Below, piece after piece: positions 51,944 to 56,222 of a stretch of DNA of 56,222 bases. This DNA comes from an uncultured bacterium (GTDB taxonomy: Bacteria > Patescibacteriota > Minisyncoccia > Phycocordibacterales > UBA2100), in contig CAIJXH010000008.1 of assembly GCA_903824595.1 (NCBI GenBank), positions 1-56,222 of the forward strand, read 5' to 3'. Position numbers and translations under genes: made by a program. Each line of letters starts with the position of its first letter. The stretch's first letter is position 1. Below the pieces are notes generated by a model. That model saw only the letters and a list, made by a program, of their open reading frames with translations. It did no database searches and had not been told where the DNA came from.

Positions 51944-52621
51944 ATGATGGACATTGCCGCAACGATGTTGAGCGAATTATCCCGTATGGCGGGATTCGCT
52001 CATCCGTCGTCACTCCGTGAATATACGGGAGTGACGGCGTTCTACTTCGGGCTCTTCGAGATCGTACCCTACATCATGGCGATGGTGGGGAGAGATCTCT
52101 TCCAATTCGGAAGTAAACTGGCGCAGCGCACGGTGCCAAACCGTGCGACATGGCTCATCTGGGCGTTTGAGGGAGCCGTGGTGGCGCCGGCAAATATCGC
52201 TGCTGGTGCAGTAGAAACGGCCGGCGTGCCCGTTGCCTATGAGATCGGGTACGTGATTGTGTTCCTGCTGTCGATCAGGTATGGCGAGGGCGGATTGACC
52301 CGCACTGATCTCACCTGCATCGGGCTGGCAGTGGCAAGTGGCGTGGCTGGTTTCATCTGGCATACGCCCGAGGTTGCCATTATGGTGCCGCTTGCTGTTG
52401 ATTTGTTTGGCGCGGCGCCGACAATCAAAAAGTGCTGGCAGGAACCGGAAAAAGAATACCTGCCGGCGTGGTCACTCACGTTCGCCGTCAGTATTCTGAA
52501 TTTTTCGGCAATTGATTGGGAGGCGGCGCAGTTTGGAGTGCTGTTGTTCCCTATGTACATGATCGTCGTCAACACGGCGATCGTGGCGCCGCTCTGGGCG
52601 AATTGGTGGCGCAAAAAGTGA
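51944..52621 (+). CDS. polytopic membrane protein (family unknown)
   Basis: 225-aa ORF with multiple hydrophobic segments. It is the paralog of the frameshifted gene at 50881..51508. Confidence 0.7.
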   Translation: MMDIAATMLSELSRMAGFAHPSSLREYTGVTAFYFGLFEIVPYIMAMVGRDLFQFGSKLAQRTVPNRATWLIWAFEGAVVAPANIAAGAVETAGVPVAYEIGYVIVFLLSIRYGEGGLTRTDLTCIGLAVASGVAGFIWHTPEVAIMVPLAVDLFGAAPTIKKCWQEPEKEYLPAWSLTFAVSILNFSAIDWEAAQFGVLLFPMYMIVVNTAIVAPLWANWWRKK

Positions 52622-52718
52622 TGCGGATAGCCCGCGTCGCGCATGCTTCGGCTCGGTGGCAATCCCAAAAGGAACCACCGAGCCGTTTTTGTTTCGCTGC
52701 AGTTCAAGGAGGTGGCGC

Positions 52719-53546
52719 ATGTGTTATTATCGCCCCATGCAGGAGAAGTTCCGTCATCCCGAGCGAATATCCCATAAGGCAGAAGTGATTACCGATCCGG
52801 AGTCTCAAACCGTCCAGGATTTTCACGAATTTCTTTGTAAGCATTTCAAGCAAGAAGAGGTTGAGCCTGTTGACGTCTTCAGGCGCGAGCTTGCGTCCAA
52901 TAGCAATTCTGACGCGAATGCGCGTTACTTATGTACCGCTCTTCGAGGTGAGAAAAACAACCTAATAAGTGCTGCGTATGGTTCCGTCCAGGGTGGCGTA
53001 TTGGCCATACGATTTACTCTCACCGAGATTTCTGATCGTGGTACGGGAGTGAGCCAAAAAGCCGATGCTCTTCTTGTTGATGAGGCGGAAAAGTTTTGTA
53101 CGGCGAAAGGATTGGATCTTCGAGCGTATGTTGGAGAGGCCGTCGATCGTTCCGAGAGTTATTGGAACAACATGGAGATAGAGAGTGGTAACGGAATGAG
53201 AAGGCTGTATGCTACTGGTAGTGAAATCCATTATGAAATTCCTCCGCTTGCGTGGAATAGTGACGGAACCCCCGCGCAGGATGGTATCGACGAGCATCTT
53301 CAGGTCGCGGTGAAAGGATGTTCGGAGAGAGTTCCTGTTGAGGTTTTGCAGCAAATTCTCAAAGATTGGTGGAGTCAGTGGTACATTCGTCCGCGAGATC
53401 AGTTTGAAAGTGATGCTGCTTGGTATGACCATCAGCGCGTTGTTTGGGATATTCTCGAAATAAAAATCTTGGCACCAATACGAGGTGCGGGCGAATTAGT
53501 GCTTATGTCGAAGAAAGTCAGGGAAGCTTCGAGGCAGGTTTCTTGA
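52719..53546 (+). CDS. hypothetical protein, weak GNAT-acyltransferase-like features
   Basis: AAGGAGG lies 6 nt upstream of the ATG at 52719. The segment LAIRFTLTEISDRGTGVSQKADALLV resembles GNAT motif A. Confidence 0.55.
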   Translation: MCYYRPMQEKFRHPERISHKAEVITDPESQTVQDFHEFLCKHFKQEEVEPVDVFRRELASNSNSDANARYLCTALRGEKNNLISAAYGSVQGGVLAIRFTLTEISDRGTGVSQKADALLVDEAEKFCTAKGLDLRAYVGEAVDRSESYWNNMEIESGNGMRRLYATGSEIHYEIPPLAWNSDGTPAQDGIDEHLQVAVKGCSERVPVEVLQQILKDWWSQWYIRPRDQFESDAAWYDHQRVVWDILEIKILAPIRGAGELVLMSKKVREASRQVS

Positions 53547-53846
53547 GATGGGAAATTGGAATTTTCGAAGTAGCTAGTAATAAAAAGGCACCAAGAATTT
53601 CAGGCGGATTTTGATAATTTGTTCTGGTTCCCGTGTCGCCGCTGGACATCATGCACGCGCATGGTCAGCCGATCAATCTCTTTTTTCATCGTTGCGGGAT
53701 TCAGTGTTGCGTGTTCGAGACGAAGTTTGTTCTTCACGTCCTCGGAAACATCGAGTTAAAGAAACTTCCGGGCGCATGGAAAATTTTCCATTCGCTGAAC
53801 GGAGAGTCGCGGTGTGTGTAACTTTATACCCACTGGTTCCAGGGGG

Positions 53847-54122
53847 TTACCTTATAATCCCCCGATCTCCTCTTAGAAAATCCTCAATGAGGGTCCTGTG
53901 CCGACCAGTCAATTTGGATAAGTTTGGATGGGGTAATTTGTATATACTCCCAAGAGTCCTGTTGGGGTTACCTGAAGACCAGTTTCTTCTTTCATTTCTC
54001 GTTTTAGAGTTTCTTCTGCAGTCTCTCCCATTTCCATTTAGGATAGCTTTCAGAAAGTGTGTCCTTGGTTGTGATGCTCGTGAGCTTACGCTGCTGGTTT
54101 TCGTTTCCAGTATGCCTATCAT
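53847..54122 (-). pseudogene. decayed Nudix hydrolase gene
   Basis: A canonical Nudix box (GETAEETLKREMKEETGLQV) is readable only in a 42-codon frame (53909..54037). Flanking homology continues in the other two frames. Confidence 0.45.
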
Positions 54123-54167
54123 CAGAGGTGGTCTTTGGTGAGGGCTTCTGAAAATGAGGGAAGGGAA

Positions 54168-54563
54168 ATGAAATTGTTTCTTGTCTCACTGGTCGCATGT
54201 GCCTTGTCTTGCGCTTGCGCTCTTTCCAGTGCGAAAGCGCAACAGCGTGCCGATCAGCGTAATTTAGCTGGACCAATGCAGGGATCGACGCCACAGTACA
54301 TTCTGCAAGTGCCTCGCCCGCTCCACGGAGCATATATAGGACGTTCGTGGGAGCCATCAACTTACTCTGTGCCGCCTCAAATATATTACAATGGCATCAG
54401 TCCGGGGTACGTTATGGGGGCTCGCATAAATGGTGGACTTGGTAAGGAACCAGTGGAACGAAATATTGCGAGAATTGGCCGAATGGAATCAGCTCAAGAT
54501 CGCTCACGAAGCCCTGCTTGCTACCAGATAATGACAGTTTATCCCATTTCAACGAGTTTGTGA
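54168..54563 (+). CDS. small secreted protein or lipoprotein
   Basis: MKLFLVSLVACALSCACALSSAKA is a signal peptide with a lipobox-like LSC. GAGGGAAGGGAA lies upstream. Confidence 0.5.
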   Translation: MKLFLVSLVACALSCACALSSAKAQQRADQRNLAGPMQGSTPQYILQVPRPLHGAYIGRSWEPSTYSVPPQIYYNGISPGYVMGARINGGLGKEPVERNIARIGRMESAQDRSRSPACYQIMTVYPISTSL

Positions 54564-54729
54564 ATGGAACTAGCCGGACCCAAACCTAACTCACCGATTT
54601 TCGCCCACTGTTTGCCCTTGAGGCAAGCTTTGTACCAAGAGTAAACGTTTGACACCTGTTGCAACCAAGGCGAGCCGTAAAACGAAATTTGAGAGCTTGG
54701 GACGATTTGCTTAACTTAAGCAAATAGGA

Positions 54730-55353
54730 CTACTTACCAGACTTCTGACCCTCGACCATTTTCTTTTTATAATCCTCGGCCCATTTAGCAACCTGCTTAT
54801 CATAGTCTTCCAGATCACTAATCGGTGCCTCTTTTTCAATCTTAAGAAATTTATAGTTATCTTCTCGCAAGAAAACGGTAAAGTGTGGCTTGCCGGTGTC
54901 GTTTAAAATAACCCGAGCATTAAGCTCTCCCTTCCTGACAAGCGATCTGGCTGTAGTTGAATGAATACCAAACTTCTCTTTGAGCGTTTCAAAGGAAAAC
55001 CACTTTTCCTTATTCCGACAAACCGTGCCAGGAATAATTCCTTCGTTTACTGCCTTCTGGCAAAACTTGCACTTAAAGCCAAACCTATCAAACCAAAATC
55101 CCTTTACAGACATGTAATAACCACAAAAACCACACGTGCCATATTCGTCGCTTATCGCCCATCCATTGGGCTCTTTTTCGAGGCGTAAATAATCATCAAT
55201 ATCTCTAGTGGCCATTTTTGTCAATGTGCCATAAAAACCAGTTAGATTAAAAGCGGCGTCGTGTAGTTCCTGATCAGTTAGATCAGCCTTAAAATCCTCT
55301 TTAAATATTTTCCTCAATTCTTCAAGTCTTTCCTGGGAGATTTTCATAATCAT
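54730..55353 (-). CDS. hypothetical protein with Cys4 zinc finger and HTH-like segment
   Basis: CGFCG...CKFC, followed by FSFETLKEKFGIHSTTARSLVRKGEL (an excisionase/MerR-like HTH). Confidence 0.65.
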   Translation of the reverse strand: MIMKISQERLEELRKIFKEDFKADLTDQELHDAAFNLTGFYGTLTKMATRDIDDYLRLEKEPNGWAISDEYGTCGFCGYYMSVKGFWFDRFGFKCKFCQKAVNEGIIPGTVCRNKEKWFSFETLKEKFGIHSTTARSLVRKGELNARVILNDTGKPHFTVFLREDNYKFLKIEKEAPISDLEDYDKQVAKWAEDYKKKMVEGQKSGK

Positions 55354-55529
55354 TTATCTTTTTTAGCTTCTGCCTCAGCCTTAGCTTTTAATTTCTGTTC
55401 GTGTTGGTGATCTAAAAGCATAACAATAAGATTGGCCAAGCGATCGCTAAAGGCCTCTTCCATCTGCTCTACAGTCATTCCTTTTGGAAGTGTTCTTGGC
55501 TTTATTTCTTTTTTAACTCCTTTTGCCAT
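55350..55529 (-). CDS. small hypothetical protein (59 aa)
   Basis: Manual translation gives MAKGVKKEIKPRTLPKGMTVEQMEEAFSDRLANLIVMLLDHQHEQKLKAKAEAEAKKDK*. The stop overlaps the next ATG (ATGA). Confidence 0.45.
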   Translation of the reverse strand: MAKGVKKEIKPRTLPKGMTVEQMEEAFSDRLANLIVMLLDHQHEQKLKAKAEAEAKKDK

Positions 55530-55530
55530 A

Positions 55531-55827
55531 TTAATTTTTATGCTTCAGTATCTGCTCGGCTGGAGAAATACCACCGAGGACTTTGTGCGGAAAATAATTC
55601 CAAGCGTCAGTTACGAGTTCGAGAACATCGCTCAATTCCGAAGCATCTCCGCCACGATCAAACATAGCAACGGCCTTCATCATGTCGTCGTTATCTTCTT
55701 CGTGGAAAATAACATCTCGGATATGATCCAGAGTAGAATCGTTCTCGGTTTCTTTGAGCATATCCACGAGTTCCTGTTCAATCTCTTTCCGGCGTTCCAA
55801 AATTTGTTGTTTTGATTCGGTTTCCAT
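55531..55827 (-). CDS. small acidic protein with WNYFPHKVLGGISPAE motif
   Basis: 98-aa ORF. Its motif, and 22 nt of its DNA, are identical to part of ORF 33166..34407. Confidence 0.6.
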   Translation of the reverse strand: METESKQQILERRKEIEQELVDMLKETENDSTLDHIRDVIFHEEDNDDMMKAVAMFDRGGDASELSDVLELVTDAWNYFPHKVLGGISPAEQILKHKN

Positions 55828-55832
55828 AATAT

Positions 55833-56180
55833 TTATTTCTTAAAATATTTTTGCCGACATAATAAATAAGCGATACTCAATATCAAAGCTATGCCGACTG
55901 GCGGTAAAGCATACAGCACGAGATTCGCAATGTTGAATAATATCGACATGCTTGCATTTAGAACATTAAAAAGCCACGGCACAAGATAGGTATAGGAAAT
56001 GTACATCAAGAATGCCCAGAGCACTGCTTTGATGAAATTGTAGAGGTCCCACATACCAAAAGCTTTAACCACGATATCATGCAAGACTTTATAAAATTTG
56101 ATCACGTATAGAAACAGTCCGATCGTACAAAAAGTAAAGGCACTATAAAACACCCGGACAAAAACGCTTGGTGCAGACAA
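55833..56180 (-). CDS. small polytopic membrane protein
   Basis: 115-aa ORF with three to four hydrophobic segments. Confidence 0.55.
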   Translation of the reverse strand: MSAPSVFVRVFYSAFTFCTIGLFLYVIKFYKVLHDIVVKAFGMWDLYNFIKAVLWAFLMYISYTYLVPWLFNVLNASMSILFNIANLVLYALPPVGIALILSIAYLLCRQKYFKK

Positions 56181-56222
56181 AGGACTGATTGTTTGCCATT
56201 CAAACTTAATCCCTAAGGCAAA

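Noticed and set aside
53611-54141. 176-aa plus-strand ORF
   Set aside because: It has a low-complexity, Leu/Arg/Ser-rich translation. The region is better explained by the decayed minus-strand Nudix gene.
1-56222. Alternative genetic code (UGA recoding as in some candidate phyla)
   Set aside because: All conserved genes read through intact with the standard code and end at normal stops. The single in-frame stop found, in the mazG-like gene, is TAA rather than TGA.

Overview
This 56.2-kb chromosomal window reads with the standard genetic code. From gene content it looks like a small-genome, Patescibacteria/CPR-like bacterium; that is an inference. All calls come from manual reading of the sequence and the supplied ORF track, with no searches run.

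Core backbone:
- rarA, a XerC/D-type recombinase, xth and cca
- four tRNAs (Arg-TCG, Gly-GCC, Pro-TGG, Gly-TCC), yraN, an S1 protease, HU and RNase Y
- the replication-origin cluster yidC-rnpA-rpmH, divergent from dnaA-dnaN, with DnaA-box arrays
- PBP1A, ruvC, yebC, an ABC-F ATPase, cyclophilin, ruvB and a PurM-like gene
- PilB plus a pilin-like gene, a short trigger factor, pyrophosphatase and a split sensor kinase

No rRNA and no CRISPR array was seen.

The main result is accessory DNA inserted at the ends of housekeeping genes. Each insert is bracketed by a direct duplication of that gene terminus:
- ruvC 5' end, 29 bp
- a Cas4-like nuclease 5' end, 52 bp
- yebC 5' end, 32 bp, perfect
- pilB 3' end, 103 bp
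- tRNA-Gly 3' end, 18 bp

No recombinase gene lies inside any insert.

About 10.7 kb sits between ruvC and yebC, two genes that are adjacent in many bacteria. This segment carries:
- an orphan MoaA-like radical-SAM enzyme fused to a Nudix hydrolase, flanked by 83-nt repeats; this is my top candidate for an undescribed system
- an AT-rich XRE-led cassette of unknown proteins
- an orphan DinJ
- an MmeI-like type IIL restriction-modification enzyme
- an HTH-Panacea/RelE-like toxin-antitoxin pair
- a Cas4-like nuclease

A second insert, inside the yebC 5' end, carries a PNK-like kinase, a 413-aa unknown protein, a HicB-like gene and a MazG-like gene with an in-frame stop.

The left edge of the window (1-3.3 kb) holds a B116/DUF1874-like cluster. 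The right edge (50-56 kb) is an AT-rich accessory region with a DUF2156 gene, paralogous membrane proteins (one frameshifted), a transposase-like remnant and a decayed Nudix gene.
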